Below are positions 43,716 through 58,115 of a stretch of DNA of 64,000 nucleotides, in pieces (the first letter of the stretch is position 1; every line of letters starts with the position of its first letter). This DNA is from Burkholderiales bacterium (GTDB taxonomy: Bacteria > Pseudomonadota > Gammaproteobacteria > Burkholderiales > SG8-41), in assembly GCA_041629335.1 (NCBI GenBank), contig JBFKNN010000001.1:30808-94807 (forward strand). Direction: 5' to 3'. The notes under the pieces are model-generated. The model did no database searches. It was not told the DNA's origin and was given only the letters and a program-made list of their open reading frames with translations. Both the position numbers and the translations under genes were made by a program.

Positions 43716-45551
43716 TCACTCGACCGTCACGGACTTCGCAAGGTTTCGGGGCTTGTCGACGTCGGTGCCGCGCATCAGCGCGCAGTGATACGCGAGGAGC
43801 TGCAGTGGCACCGTGTAGACGATCGGCGCCTGCAGCGGATCGACGTGTTCCGGCATCTCCAGCACGTCGACGCCGTCTGACGCCTCGATGCCGGCCGTGG
43901 GATCGGCGAACACGTAAAGACGCCCGCCACGGGCTCGCACCTCCTGCAGATTCGACTTGAGCTTTTCCAGCAGTTCGTTGTTCGGCGCGACCGCCACCAC
44001 CGGCATGTTGGCGTCGACCAGCGCGAGCGGCCCGTGCTTCAACTCACCGGCGGCGTACGCCTCGGCGTGGATATAACTGATCTCCTTCAGTTTCAGCGCA
44101 CCTTCCATCGCCACCGGCCACAGTGCGCCGCGCCCGAGGAACAGCGCATGCTCCTTGCCGACGAAGTGCTCGGCCCAGGTCTTGATCGCCGGCTCGAGTG
44201 CGAGCGTCTTCTCGATCATGTCCGGAACGTGCGCGAGCAGTCTCACCGCCCGCGCTTCTTTATCGGGTGCCATCCCGCGCTGGCGCGCGAGCGCGACACC
44301 GAACAGCGCCAGCGCGGCGAGCTGCGTGGTGAACGCCTTGGTGGAGGCAACGCCGATCTCGGGTCCGGCACGCGTCATCAACGTCATGTCGGCCTCGCGC
44401 ACGAGGGAGGATTCCGGCACGTTGCAGATGGCAAGCGCCCCGAGGTATCCCAGCCGCTTCGCCTCGCGCAGCGCAGCGAGCGTGTCTGCGGTCTCGCCCG
44501 ATTGCGAGATCGCGATGAACAGCGTATCCCCGGGCACCACTGGCTGCCGGTAGCGATATTCGCTCGCCACTTCGACCGTGCACGGCACCCTGGCCCATTG
44601 CTCGACGTAATAGCGCGCGATCATGCCCGCGTGGTAGCTCGTGCCGCAGGCGACGATATGCACGCCGCGGATCCTCGGCAACAAGGCAGCGGCCTTGGGG
44701 CCGAACGTCGCGTCGAGCACTCTGCCGTTCGCGAACCGCTCGGCCAGCGTATCCGCGACGGCACGCGGTTGCTCGAAAATCTCTTTCTGCATGTAATGCT
44801 GGTAGTGACCGAGCTCGACCGCGTCGGCCGCGAGCTCCGATACGTGCAGCCTGCGCTCGACGGTCGCCCCGGCGGTGTCGAACAGGCGGATTCCGGTTCG
44901 GGTGAGCTCCGCGACGTCGCCATCTTCGAGGAACCGGAAACTGCGCGTCACCGGAAGCAGCGCCTGAACATCGGAGGCGACGAAGTTCTCGCCCGCGCCC
45001 TGTCCGACCACCACCGGACAACCCATGCGGGCGGCTATCAGGCGGTCGGGGTCGTGCCTGCTCATGACGACGATGGCGTAGGCGCCGCGCAACTGCCCGA
45101 TCGCCTGACGAACCGAGGACAGCAGATCGCCGCTGCTTTTGATCCGGTCGTGGATGAGGTGGGCGACAACCTCGCTGTCGGTGTCCGAGTCAAAGGTATA
45201 GCCCTTGGCCTTGAGCGCCGACCTCAACTCGTCGTAGTTCTCGATGATGCCGTTGTGGACGAGCGCAATGCCTTCTTCCGAGAAATGCGGGTGCGCATTC
45301 TTCTCGTGGACGCCGCCATGAGTGGCCCAACGCGTGTGCGCCACGCCGCGCTTGCCCGACAGCGGTTGCTTGTCGATGGCGTCCGCCAGCAGCCTAACCT
45401 TGCCGACGGTGCGGCGCCGATCGAGCCTGCCCGCCCCATCCTGCACCGCAACGCCCGCGGAATCGTAGCCGCGGTACTCGAGACGCCGCAGGCCTTCAAC
45501 CAGGATGGGGACGACATCGCGTTCGGCGATAGCGCCGACAATACCGCACAT
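43716..45551 (-). CDS. glmS: Glutamine--fructose-6-phosphate aminotransferase
   Basis: 611 aa; starts MCGIVGA (Ntn Cys), ends ...[11 protein letters not shown]. Confidence 0.95.
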   Translation of the reverse strand: MCGIVGAIAERDVVPILVEGLRRLEYRGYDSAGVAVQDGAGRLDRRRTVGKVRLLADAIDKQPLSGKRGVAHTRWATHGGVHEKNAHPHFSEEGIALVHNGIIENYDELRSALKAKGYTFDSDTDSEVVAHLIHDRIKSSGDLLSSVRQAIGQLRGAYAIVVMSRHDPDRLIAARMGCPVVVGQGAGENFVASDVQALLPVTRSFRFLEDGDVAELTRTGIRLFDTAGATVERRLHVSELAADAVELGHYQHYMQKEIFEQPRAVADTLAERFANGRVLDATFGPKAAALLPRIRGVHIVACGTSYHAGMIARYYVEQWARVPCTVEVASEYRYRQPVVPGDTLFIAISQSGETADTLAALREAKRLGYLGALAICNVPESSLVREADMTLMTRAGPEIGVASTKAFTTQLAALALFGVALARQRGMAPDKEARAVRLLAHVPDMIEKTLALEPAIKTWAEHFVGKEHALFLGRGALWPVAMEGALKLKEISYIHAEAYAAGELKHGPLALVDANMPVVAVAPNNELLEKLKSNLQEVRARGGRLYVFADPTAGIEASDGVDVLEMPEHVDPLQAPIVYTVPLQLLAYHCALMRGTDVDKPRNLAKSVTVE

Positions 45552-45565
45552 GGCGCTAACCGGCC

Positions 45566-45593
45566 GTGACCGGTGACCGGAGACCGGTGGCCG
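45566..45593. repeat. Four tandem heptamers GTGACCG GTGACCG GAGACCG GTGGCCG, 14 nt upstream of the glmS start codon
   Basis: Read directly. In mRNA sense: CGGCCAC CGGUCUC CGGUCAC CGGUCAC. Complementary GGTCAC copies on + at 45633-45638 and 45654-45659. Confidence 0.7.
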
Positions 45594-45655
45594 GGCGGCA
45601 GCCCAACGCGTGGACGTCTACGACGATCTCTGGGTCACTGCTCATTGGTTGACGG

Positions 45656-47023
45656 TCACTTCTTCTTGACGGGGCGCTTCCACCCCGCGAGCGACACCTG
45701 CTTCGCCCGCGACAGCGTGAGCTGATCGGCCGGGGCTTCCTTGGTGATGGTCGAGCCGGCGCCGATCGTCGCGCCGCGGCGCACGGTCACCGGCGCGACC
45801 AGCTGCGTATCCGATCCGATGAACACGTCGTCTTCGATCACCGTGCGGTGCTTGTTCGCGCCATCGTAGTTGCAGGTAATGGTTCCGGCCCCGATGTTGA
45901 CGTTGGCCCCGACCGTGGTATCGCCCACGTACGCGAGGTGGTTCGCCTTGGAGCCGGCCGCGACGTGGCTTGCCTTGATTTCGACGAAATTGCCGATGTG
46001 CACGGCGTCGGCGAGGCGGGTGCCGGGTCGGATGCGGGCATAGGGGCCGATGCGGCAGTTCGCGCCGATCGCCGCGTCATCGATGTGCGTGAACGGTTCG
46101 ATACGGGTTCCCGGCCCGACTTCGACGTTGCGCAGCACGCAGTTTGCGCCGATCGACACGCCGTCGGCGAGCGTCACTTCGCCTTCGAATATGCTGTTCA
46201 CGTCGATCTGGACGTCCCGGCCGCAGCCCACGCTGCCGCGGATATCGATCCGCGTCGGATCGGTCAGCGTGACACCCTGTTCGAGCAGGCGGGTCGCACA
46301 CTGCCACTGATAGATGCGCTCGACCTGCGCGAGCTGGGCGCGGCTGTTCACCCCCAGCGTCTCCCATGCGTCCTGCGCCTGCGCCGCAACCACGGCGACG
46401 CGGTCGGCCAGGGCGAGTCGCACCACGTCGGTAAGGTAGTACTCGCTCTGCGCGTTGTCGTTCGTCAGGCGTTTGAGCCAGCCGGCGATGCGCGCGGTCG
46501 GCAACGCCATGATACCGGTGTTGACCTCGCGGCTGCGGCGCTGCGCGGCGGTTGCGTCCTTTTCCTCGACGATGCCGGTGATCCCGCCGCGCTTGTTGCG
46601 CACGATGCGGCCATATCCCGACGGGTCCTCGAGCTCGGCGCTCAGCACGACCAGCCGCCCCGTCGCGCCGTCGAGCATCTTCGTCAGCGTCTCGCGCCGG
46701 ATCAGGGGCACATCGCCGTAGAGCACCAGCGTCACGCCCTTGCCGCCGAGGTGCGGCAGCGCCTGCTGCAGCGCATGCCCAGTGCCAAGCTGCGGCTCCT
46801 GCTTGACCAACGCGACGCCGGCGCCCTTCATTGCCAGCGGCAGCTGCTCGCCGCCGTGCCCATAAACGACACACATGCTGGCGGGCTCGAGCGTGCGTGC
46901 GGTATCGATGACGTGCGCGATCAACGGCCGACCGGCGAGCGGATGCAGCACCTTCGGCAGGTGCGAGTTCATGCGCTTGCCTTGGCCGGCCGCGAGGATG
47001 GCAATGGTGAGCGGGGTTTTCAC
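45656..47023 (-). CDS. glmU: Bifunctional UDP-GlcNAc pyrophosphorylase / GlcN-1-P acetyltransferase
   Basis: 455 aa; [10 protein letters not shown]-terminus, C-terminal hexapeptide-repeat domain. Confidence 0.95.
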   Translation of the reverse strand: MKTPLTIAILAAGQGKRMNSHLPKVLHPLAGRPLIAHVIDTARTLEPASMCVVYGHGGEQLPLAMKGAGVALVKQEPQLGTGHALQQALPHLGGKGVTLVLYGDVPLIRRETLTKMLDGATGRLVVLSAELEDPSGYGRIVRNKRGGITGIVEEKDATAAQRRSREVNTGIMALPTARIAGWLKRLTNDNAQSEYYLTDVVRLALADRVAVVAAQAQDAWETLGVNSRAQLAQVERIYQWQCATRLLEQGVTLTDPTRIDIRGSVGCGRDVQIDVNSIFEGEVTLADGVSIGANCVLRNVEVGPGTRIEPFTHIDDAAIGANCRIGPYARIRPGTRLADAVHIGNFVEIKASHVAAGSKANHLAYVGDTTVGANVNIGAGTITCNYDGANKHRTVIEDDVFIGSDTQLVAPVTVRRGATIGAGSTITKEAPADQLTLSRAKQVSLAGWKRPVKKK

Positions 47024-47046
47024 GCGATCGAAATTATCGCACAGCG

Positions 47047-48549
47047 CTATGTCCGGCGCGCGAGGTAGCGCTCGACGGCGTCAACCTGCCGTGCGTCGAG
47101 ATGCAAACCCGCCTTCGTGCGCCGCCACAGCACGTCTTCCGCGGTTCGCGCCCACTCGTGCGTGACCAGATAGTCGAGCTCGCGGGAATAGAGATCGGCG
47201 CCGAAGCAAATGCCCAGGTCCGCGACCGACCGCGCGCCTGCGATCACTTTCGTGGCTCGGGCACCGTGGCGCCGGCCCAACACGGCAAGCAGCGGTCGCG
47301 GCGCCCAGGGGAATTCGCGGCGCAGCGGCCCGTTGATGTAGTCGTCGAGCTCCATCCCGCCCAGGTCACCGCCGGGGAGCGGCGCCGACTCGGTCCACCG
47401 CGGTCCCATGGCGGGCAACCAGGGCGAGAGCTGCTCGAGCGCATGTTCCGCGAGCTTGCGGTAGGTCGTGATCTTGCCGCCGAAAATCGACAGCAGCGGC
47501 GCGTCTTGCCCGGCTCCGTCGACGCGCAGCACGTAGTCGCGGGTGATCGCAGACGGATCATCGCTGCCGTCGTCGAACAACGGCCGGATCCCGCAGTACG
47601 CCCAGACCACGTCGGCGGGCGTAATGGCGTGCGCGAAGTAGCGGTTCGCGGCGCGACATAGATAGTCGATTTCCTCGCGGCCCGCCTGGCAGGTGCCGGG
47701 CTCGCCGTGGACCTCGACGTCGGTGGTGCCGATCAGCGTGTAGTCGCGCTCGTAGCTGTAGACGAACACCACGCGGCGGTCATCGTTCTGCAGGATAAAC
47801 GCGTGGTCGCCCGGGTACAGCCGCGGCACCACGATGTGGCTGCCCTGCACGAGCTTCAGGCCGAAGGGCGTCGCCTCGCCCGCAACCGCCTCGAGGAACT
47901 GCTTGGCCCAGGGGCCGGTGACGTTCACCAGTGCGCGAGCACGAACCTCCGTCTCCTTGCCCTCGGCAGCACGCAGGGTCGCACGCCACAGCCCGTTCTC
48001 GCGCCGTGCCGCCGTGCATGCCGTGTGCGTGAACACCGCGCTCCCGCGCTCGGCGGCATCGCGGGCATTCGCAACGACCAGCCGCGCATCGTCGACCCAG
48101 CAATCGGAGTATATGAAACCGCGGGTGAGCCCGGCCTTCAATCCGTCGGCGTAGGGCCCCGTACGCAGATCCACCGCACGTGAGCCGGGCAGGGTGTCGC
48201 GCCGCGCAAGGTAATCGTAGAGGAAAAGTCCGGCCCGGATTATCCACGCCGGTCGCAATTCCGGCACGTGTGGCATGACAAAGCGCATGGGGTGCACGAG
48301 ATGCGGCGCACATTTGAGCAGCACCTCGCGTTCGGCCAGGGCCTCACGCACCAGGCGGAACTCGTAGTGCTCGAGGTAGCGCAGCCCGCCGTGAATCAGC
48401 TTGCTGCTGGCGGAGCTGGTTGCCGCACCGAGATCGTGCTGCTCGGCGAGCACGACGCGCAACCCGCGGCCCGCCGCGTCGCGTGCAATGCCCGTGCCGT
48501 TGATGCCGCCGCCGACGATCAGTAAATCGACCTCCCTTCCGTCGGCCAT
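47047..48549 (-). CDS. glpD: Aerobic glycerol-3-phosphate dehydrogenase (FAD)
   Basis: 500 aa; [22 protein letters not shown] fold, [13 protein letters not shown] motif. Confidence 0.9.
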   Translation of the reverse strand: MADGREVDLLIVGGGINGTGIARDAAGRGLRVVLAEQHDLGAATSSASSKLIHGGLRYLEHYEFRLVREALAEREVLLKCAPHLVHPMRFVMPHVPELRPAWIIRAGLFLYDYLARRDTLPGSRAVDLRTGPYADGLKAGLTRGFIYSDCWVDDARLVVANARDAAERGSAVFTHTACTAARRENGLWRATLRAAEGKETEVRARALVNVTGPWAKQFLEAVAGEATPFGLKLVQGSHIVVPRLYPGDHAFILQNDDRRVVFVYSYERDYTLIGTTDVEVHGEPGTCQAGREEIDYLCRAANRYFAHAITPADVVWAYCGIRPLFDDGSDDPSAITRDYVLRVDGAGQDAPLLSIFGGKITTYRKLAEHALEQLSPWLPAMGPRWTESAPLPGGDLGGMELDDYINGPLRREFPWAPRPLLAVLGRRHGARATKVIAGARSVADLGICFGADLYSRELDYLVTHEWARTAEDVLWRRTKAGLHLDARQVDAVERYLARRT

Positions 48550-48579
48550 ACTCGCGCTTTTGTCCGCTGTGGCGGCTGC

Positions 48580-48611
48580 AAACCAGAACGAGGCAACGCG
48601 TGGCTGCCTCG
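48580..48611 (-). terminator. Terminator-like hairpin after atpC (end of atp operon)
   Basis: Minus strand: CGAGGCA gccacgcgt TGCCTCG TTCTGGTTT, 22 nt after the atpC stop. The T tract is interrupted. Confidence 0.45.
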
Positions 48612-48633
48612 ATCTACTTAATTATCTGACAAA

Positions 48634-49056
48634 TCAACGTTTTTTGCGCAGCTTCTGGATCGCGGCCAGCTGCGCCACCGCGCTCGCCAGCTCCGCCTGG
48701 GCCTTGGCGATCTCGAGCTTCGAGGTCTGATTCTGCATCGCCTCTTCCGCCTGCTTCTTCGCCTCCAACGCTTTCGCTTCGTCGAGATCGTGCCCGCGGA
48801 TTGCGGTGTCGGCAAGCACCGTGATGACCTTCGGCTGCACTTCGAGGATTCCCCCGGCAACAAAAATGAGCTCTTCTGCTGCCCCGCCGGCGGGCTTGAT
48901 GCGCACTTCGCCCGGCTTGATGCGCGTAATGAGCGGCGTGTGCCGCGGATAGATGCCGAGCTCTCCGGCCTCGCCGGGCAGCACGACGAATTCGGCCTCG
49001 CCGGAGTAGATCGATTCCTCGGCGCTGACGACGTCTACGTGGATCGTATTTGCCAT
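48634..49056 (-). CDS. atpC: F1 ATP synthase epsilon subunit
   Basis: [42 protein letters not shown], 140 aa. Confidence 0.95.
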   Translation of the reverse strand: MANTIHVDVVSAEESIYSGEAEFVVLPGEAGELGIYPRHTPLITRIKPGEVRIKPAGGAAEELIFVAGGILEVQPKVITVLADTAIRGHDLDEAKALEAKKQAEEAMQNQTSKLEIAKAQAELASAVAQLAAIQKLRKKR

Positions 49057-49062
49057 TTAATG

Positions 49063-49083
49063 GTGATCCGTGATCAGTGATCC
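49063..49083. repeat. Three tandem heptamers GTGATCC GTGATCA GTGATCC, 6 nt upstream of the atpC start codon
   Basis: Read directly. Each unit contains GATC. In mRNA sense: GGAUCAC UGAUCAC GGAUCAC. Confidence 0.7.
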
Positions 49084-49144
49084 GCACCCCGCCAGGGGGT
49101 ATGGAAAAGAATGATCCCGCTGAAATCGCCGGGTTGCGGCCGCT

Positions 49145-49158
49145 TCACGTCTCACGTC
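49145..49158. repeat. Two tandem heptamers TCACGTC TCACGTC (mRNA sense GACGUGA GACGUGA) just after the atpD stop
   Basis: Read directly. The GUGA core is complementary to the UCAC core of the 49063-49083 array. Confidence 0.6.
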
Positions 49159-49168
49159 TTTCCTCTCG

Positions 49169-50581
<1,413 letters not shown>

Positions 50582-50601
50582 TCAAATTCGGTTGGCCGGC
50601 G

Positions 50602-51465
50602 TCAAACCGCCGCTGCGCCGCCGACAATCTCCGACAGCTCCTTGGTGATCGAGGCCTGGCGCGTCTTGTTGTAGACCAGCGTCAGCTCGTCGATCACGGT
50701 GCCGGCGTTGTCAGAGGCGGCCTTCATCGCCACCATCCGCGCCGACTGCTCCGAGGCCATGTTTTCCGACACGGCCTGGTAGATCAGCGCCTCGATGTAG
50801 CGCGTGAGCACCTGTTCGAGCACCGCTTTCGCATCGGGCTCGTAGATGTAGTCCCAGCTGCCCTCCGGCGCGCCGAGGCGGTCGCCGGCGAGCGGTAGCA
50901 GCTGCTCCATCACCGGCTCCTGCTTCATGGTGTTGATGAACTTGGTATAGAAGATCATCAGGCTATCGAAGCGGTCCTCGATGTACCCGTCGAGCATGAC
51001 CTTGACCGCCCCGATCAGCTTGTCCATGTGCGGGCGGTCGCCCAGGCCGGTGATGTGCGAGGCCAACTTGGCGCCGAGGCGCTGCATGAAGCCGAAGCCC
51101 TTGTTGCCGATGGCGCAGACCTCGATCTCCTCGCCTGCGGCCTCCCATTCGCGGATCTTGGTGAGCGCGAGCCGCAGCAGGTTGGTGTTGAGTCCCCCGC
51201 ACAGGCCCTTGTCGGTCGTGATCACGATGATCCCTACCCGGGTTACCGTATCGCGCTCGATCAGGAATGGATGCCGGTACTCGGGATTGGCGTGGCTGAT
51301 GTGCGCCGCAACGTTGCGGATCTTCTCTCCGTAGGGACGCGCCGTGCGCATCCGTTCCTGGGCGCGCCGCATCTTCGAGGCCGCCACCATTTCCATCGCC
51401 TTGGTGATCTTGCGCGTGTTTTGAACGCTCTTGATCTTGTTGCGAATCTCTTTTGATCCGGGCAT
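50602..51465 (-). CDS. atpG: F1 ATP synthase gamma subunit
   Basis: 287 aa; [33 protein letters not shown]. Confidence 0.95.
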   Translation of the reverse strand: MPGSKEIRNKIKSVQNTRKITKAMEMVAASKMRRAQERMRTARPYGEKIRNVAAHISHANPEYRHPFLIERDTVTRVGIIVITTDKGLCGGLNTNLLRLALTKIREWEAAGEEIEVCAIGNKGFGFMQRLGAKLASHITGLGDRPHMDKLIGAVKVMLDGYIEDRFDSLMIFYTKFINTMKQEPVMEQLLPLAGDRLGAPEGSWDYIYEPDAKAVLEQVLTRYIEALIYQAVSENMASEQSARMVAMKAASDNAGTVIDELTLVYNKTRQASITKELSEIVGGAAAV

Positions 51466-51543
51466 CGCGAGTCTCTAGCTGCTGGCGGGCATCGTGCGCC
51501 CGCTGGGTAGCATCTGTTCCGTCATCGCCTTCAGCGGTTTACC

Positions 51544-53085
<1,542 letters not shown>

Positions 53086-53094
53086 GAAGGGCTC

Positions 53095-53631
53095 CTAGTG
53101 GGTGAGCGCGGTAGCCATTTGATCGAGCTTGCCGCGCACCGTTGCATCCAGTACTTTGTCGCCGACGACGATGCGAACGCCGCCGATCAGGTTCTTGTCG
53201 ACCTCGACTGCCGCGCGCACTTTGCGCCTGTGGCTCGCCTCGAGACGCGCCACCAATCGCGCCGTCTGCTCGTCCGAGAGCGGGAGCGCCGAGTGGATGA
53301 TGACCTCGACCATGCCTTCGTGCTCGCGCCGCAGGGTCTCGTAGAGCGCGCGGATCTCGGGAATGAGGCCGACGCGGTCGTTTTGCACCAGGACCTGCAC
53401 GAGATTCCGCCCCGCGCCGTCGAGCCGGTCCCCGGCCACGCCCAGTATCAGCCCTTCGAGCTGCGCTGCGCTCACGTTCGGATTGCCGACGCAGGCCTCG
53501 ACGCGGGGGTCCACGACCACGGCCTCGACGAGTGCCAGCATGTCGGACCAGGCAGGGAGATTGTCCTTGTCGCGCGCAAGCCGGAATACGGCTTCCGCAT
53601 ACGGGCGCGCGATGGTGACAAGTTCCGCCAT
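53095..53631 (-). CDS. atpH: F1 ATP synthase delta subunit (OSCP)
   Basis: C-terminal 178 codons of ORF 53095..54336, from ATG 53631 (MAELVTIARPYAEAVFRLA...). Confidence 0.9.
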   Translation of the reverse strand: MAELVTIARPYAEAVFRLARDKDNLPAWSDMLALVEAVVVDPRVEACVGNPNVSAAQLEGLILGVAGDRLDGAGRNLVQVLVQNDRVGLIPEIRALYETLRREHEGMVEVIIHSALPLSDEQTARLVARLEASHRRKVRAAVEVDKNLIGGVRIVVGDKVLDATVRGKLDQMATALTH

Positions 53632-53639
53632 GTCGTTCC

Positions 53640-54110
53640 TTAGAGTTGGCTTTCCACGGTCTTTAACAGATCCGCGTGCGCTTTGGCGTCGACCTCCCGC
53701 CGCAGGATCTGCTCGGCGCCGGCCACCGCCAGCGTTGCCACCTGGGTCCGCAACGCTTCCTTGGCGCGCGAGACCTCCTGCTCGATCTCGGCCTTGGCGC
53801 CGGCAACCAGTCGGTCGCCTTCCGCCTTTGCGGTGCTCTTTGCTTCCTCCACGATCTGGGTGGCGCGCCGCTCGGCTTGGCTGAGGATTTCCTGCACCCG
53901 CTCCTTGGCTTCGTCCATCATTTCGGCCGAGCGCTTGGTTGCCTGCTCCAGGTCGAGCTTGCCCCGTTCCGCGGCCGCGAGGCCTTCGGCGATCTGCTTC
54001 TGCCGTGCCTCGATCTGGCGCATCAACCACGGCCACACCAGCTTGGTCGTGAACCAGATGAAGAGCGCGAAGGTCGCCGCCTGCGACAGCAGGGTCAAAT
54101 TGATGTTCAT
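53640..54110 (-). CDS. atpF: Fo ATP synthase b subunit
   Basis: 156 aa; N-terminal TM helix then a long charged helix. Confidence 0.9.
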   Translation of the reverse strand: MNINLTLLSQAATFALFIWFTTKLVWPWLMRQIEARQKQIAEGLAAAERGKLDLEQATKRSAEMMDEAKERVQEILSQAERRATQIVEEAKSTAKAEGDRLVAGAKAEIEQEVSRAKEALRTQVATLAVAGAEQILRREVDAKAHADLLKTVESQL

Positions 54111-54146
54111 CGTATCCCCCTAACGGGATAAACCACGCGCCGCGGC

Positions 54147-55284
<1,138 letters not shown>

Positions 55285-55758
55285 TTAGCTGTCGCGGACG
55301 AAAAAAGCCGCGCTGAACAAGAGCGCCGTCAAGATGAATGTTCCGAAAAAAGCCGCCAGTGCGACTTGTTTGTATACCGCCAACACCAGCCAGAGCAGGA
55401 CGACGATCACCAGTATCTTGCTGGCCTCGGCTCTGAGCAGAGCCACGAGAGTTTCCCCGGTACCCGCCTTCGCCCGCGACGCGAACCAGCCAAAGACCCA
55501 GCCCGCCGCCATATTGACCAGCCCGCCAAGCCCTGCCGAGATGGCCCCCGGCGAGCCCTGCCACCAACCTGCAATCAGCGCCGCCGCCGCTGTGGCGTAG
55601 AGCTGCCAGCGCAGCACCGTGCGGATCGGCTTGCTCTCGAGACGGAGAGCCACGTCGTTCCCCGGGCCGAAAAACCTCGGGATTATACGCGGCGCAACAT
55701 CGAGCGTCAAAGAATCGCCGGGCGTGGGAAACCTCTGAAGACGCGCGCGGTCCGTCAT
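55285..55758 (-). CDS. atpI: ATP synthase protein I
   Basis: Hydrophobic ORF immediately upstream of atpB. The N-terminal roughly 45 aa may be over-extended. Confidence 0.7.
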   Translation of the reverse strand: MTDRARLQRFPTPGDSLTLDVAPRIIPRFFGPGNDVALRLESKPIRTVLRWQLYATAAAALIAGWWQGSPGAISAGLGGLVNMAAGWVFGWFASRAKAGTGETLVALLRAEASKILVIVVLLWLVLAVYKQVALAAFFGTFILTALLFSAAFFVRDS

Positions 55759-55856
55759 GCCGTTGTGCGAGCGGGCCGCAAGGACCGTGCGTTTTCAGCG
55801 GGTTGCCGCATCGCCTTGCGTCACGCGCTTTCCTCAAAAGCGATTTTCAGCGCTCG

Positions 55857-56708
55857 TTAGCCGCCATTCAGCTTCGCGATGATCACCTCCAGCTGGTCGA
55901 GGCTGCGGTAGCTGATGGTGAGCTTGCCGGCCCCTTTTCTTGCGCCGGGGCGAATAGTCACGGCCGTGCCAAGGCGCTGCGAGAGATTTTCCTCGAGGCG
56001 CGCGACATCACGGTCCAAACGGGGCCGCGTCCGCGCGGCGGGTGCCTTGAGCAGCAGCCCAACCCGTCGCTCCACGTCGCGCACGGAAAGCTGTTTGGCG
56101 GCCGCAAGGCGCGCGAGCTCGACCTGGCGTACGGCCGGCAGCACCAGCAGTGCGCGGGCGTGCCCCATGTCGATGCGGCCTTCCTGCAACAGCTCGCGCA
56201 CCGGCGGCGCGAGCTCCAGCAACCGCAGCAGGTTCGTCACGCCGGAGCGCGAGCGCCCTACCGCCTCGGCGGCCTGCGCGTGGGTCATTCCGAACTCCTG
56301 GATCAGGCGCTGGATGCCGGTCGCCGCCTCGAGCGGGTTGAGATCTTCGCGCTGGATGTTTTCGATGAGCGCCACCGCCAGCGCCTGGCGGTCGGGCACT
56401 TCGCGCACCAGGGCCGGCACCGTGCCGAGCCCGGCGATGCGTGCCGCACGCCAGCGCCGTTCCCCGGCGATGATCTCGTAGCGCCCGCCGGCCACCGGCC
56501 GCACGAGTATCGGCTGCATGACGCCTTGCCCTTTGATCGACTCGGCAAGCTCGGCAAGCGCATCCTGGTCCATGCGCGTGCGCGGCTGATATTTCCCCGG
56601 CTGGAGCGCGTCGACCGCAATCTCCGTGAGGGCTTCACCGGCGGGCGCGCGGTCCTCGCCGCCGAGCAGTGCGTCCAGACCTCTTCCCAGCCCCCTTGGC
56701 TTCACCAT
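55857..56708 (-). CDS. parB: Chromosome partitioning protein ParB (CTPase, parS-binding)
   Basis: 283 aa; GLGRGLDALL, QPILVRP, IIAGERRWRAA motifs. Confidence 0.95.
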   Translation of the reverse strand: MVKPRGLGRGLDALLGGEDRAPAGEALTEIAVDALQPGKYQPRTRMDQDALAELAESIKGQGVMQPILVRPVAGGRYEIIAGERRWRAARIAGLGTVPALVREVPDRQALAVALIENIQREDLNPLEAATGIQRLIQEFGMTHAQAAEAVGRSRSGVTNLLRLLELAPPVRELLQEGRIDMGHARALLVLPAVRQVELARLAAAKQLSVRDVERRVGLLLKAPAARTRPRLDRDVARLEENLSQRLGTAVTIRPGARKGAGKLTISYRSLDQLEVIIAKLNGG

Positions 56709-56721
56709 GTCGTTATCCTCC

Positions 56722-57495
56722 TCACGCCGGCGGCGGACTGCGGTTCATCATCTCGCCCGCCAGAGCGATATATGCCAGCGCCCCCTTTGAATTGGGATCG
56801 AACTTGAGCGCCGGCACCCCGTAGCTTGGCGCCTCGGCGAGCCGCACGTTGCGCGGGATGACCGTGCGGTAAACCTTGTCGCCGAAGTGGGCGACCAGTT
56901 GCGCCGATACCTGCAGAGCGAGGGTGTTGCGCGGGTCGTACATGGTGCGCAGCAGCCCCTCGATTTTCAGATCGGGATTCAGGTTTGCCCGCACTTTCTT
57001 TATCGTGGCCACCAGATCCGAGAGACCCTCGAGCGCGTAGTACTCGCACTGCATCGGGATCATCACCGCCTGCGCCGCCGTAAGCCCGTTCACCGTGAGC
57101 AGATTGAGGGCGGGCGGACAATCGATCAACACGAAGTCGTAGTCGCTCTGCACCGGCGCGAGCGCCTCCTTCAGGCGCGTCTCGCGGTGATCGATCTCGA
57201 CCAGCTCGACCTCCGCGCCCGCGAGATCGCGGTTGGCCGGGATGAGATCGTACTCGCCGCTCGCCGCCCGGGTGCGCACCGCGCCGAGGCTGCGGGTGCC
57301 GAGCAGCAGATGGTAGACCGTCGCGGACAGGTTGCGCTTGTCGATGCCGCTGCCCATGGTGGCGTTGCCCTGGGGATCGAGGTCGATCAGCAGGACGCGC
57401 CGTTTCGCGGCCGCCAGGCTCGCTGCGAGGTTGACGCCGGTCGTGGTCTTTCCGACCCCGCCCTTCTGGTTGGTGATCGCGAGGACCTTGGTCAT
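56722..57495 (-). CDS. parA: Chromosome partitioning ATPase ParA (Soj)
   Basis: 257 aa; deviant Walker A NQKGGVGKTTT. ATGA overlap with the rsmG stop. Confidence 0.95.
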   Translation of the reverse strand: MTKVLAITNQKGGVGKTTTGVNLAASLAAAKRRVLLIDLDPQGNATMGSGIDKRNLSATVYHLLLGTRSLGAVRTRAASGEYDLIPANRDLAGAEVELVEIDHRETRLKEALAPVQSDYDFVLIDCPPALNLLTVNGLTAAQAVMIPMQCEYYALEGLSDLVATIKKVRANLNPDLKIEGLLRTMYDPRNTLALQVSAQLVAHFGDKVYRTVIPRNVRLAEAPSYGVPALKFDPNSKGALAYIALAGEMMNRSPPPA

Positions 57496-58115
57496 GCGGG
57501 CTCTACCAAGACCAGGTGGCGCTCGGCGCGCACGTACGGCACCTTTAGCGCGATCACGCGGCGGAGCCGGTAGCCGGCCGGCGTGCGGGTCAACTCGTCG
57601 TGCGGGTAGGCTCCCTTCATCGCCGCGAGGCAGCCGCCGGCAGCCACGAGTCCGCCCGCGGCCGTGACGAATTCCTGCAGCCCGGACAAGGCGCGCGAGA
57701 TCACGAGGTCAAACTTCCGCTCGGGATGCCAGGTCTCCGCGCGCTCGCATACGACCTCTGCGTTCGCAAGCTCGAGCTCGATCAGCGCCTGTCGCAGGAA
57801 AGCCGCCTTCTTGTGGTTCGCGTCGAGCAGCGTCACCTGCGCCTCCGGCAACGCGACCGCCAGCGGAATTCCCGGCAGCCCTGCGCCGCTGCCCACGTCG
57901 AGGATGCGTCCCGCGGAAATGTGCGGCAGCAGAGCTAGGCTGTCGAGCAAGTGCTGGCCCACCATGTTGACCGGCTCGCGCACGGCGGTCAGGTTGTAGA
58001 CCTGGTTCCACTTTTGTATCAACCCCAAGTAGTTGAGCAGGCGGCGGCGGGACTCCGCAGGCAGGTCGAGCCGGAGCTCGCGCAGGCCGCGGTCGAACCG
58101 CTCCCCGGGCGTCAT
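57492..58115 (-). CDS. rsmG: 16S rRNA (guanine527-N7)-methyltransferase RsmG (GidB)
   Basis: C-terminal 207 codons of ORF 57492..58805, from ATG 58115. [19 protein letters not shown] motif. ATGA overlap with the mnmG stop. Confidence 0.9.
   Translation of the reverse strand: MTPGERFDRGLRELRLDLPAESRRRLLNYLGLIQKWNQVYNLTAVREPVNMVGQHLLDSLALLPHISAGRILDVGSGAGLPGIPLAVALPEAQVTLLDANHKKAAFLRQALIELELANAEVVCERAETWHPERKFDLVISRALSGLQEFVTAAGGLVAAGGCLAAMKGAYPHDELTRTPAGYRLRRVIALKVPYVRAERHLVLVEPA

Noticed and set aside
48240-48248. Additional 8/9 DnaA-box-like 9-mers: TTATCCACG in glpD, TTATGGACA at 16241-16249 in engB, and TTATTCCCA at 15152-15160.
   Set aside because: These are isolated single-mismatch matches, mostly inside coding sequence. 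They are expected by chance at this stringency.
55789-55852. Direct repeat GCG(A)TTTTCAGCG (55789-55800 and 55840-55852) between parB and atpI. A related TTTCAGCGGG occurs on the opposite strand in the atpD-atpC spacer.
   Set aside because: These are short (9-10 bp) matches with no supporting structure or known motif. Similarity at this length is plausibly chance.
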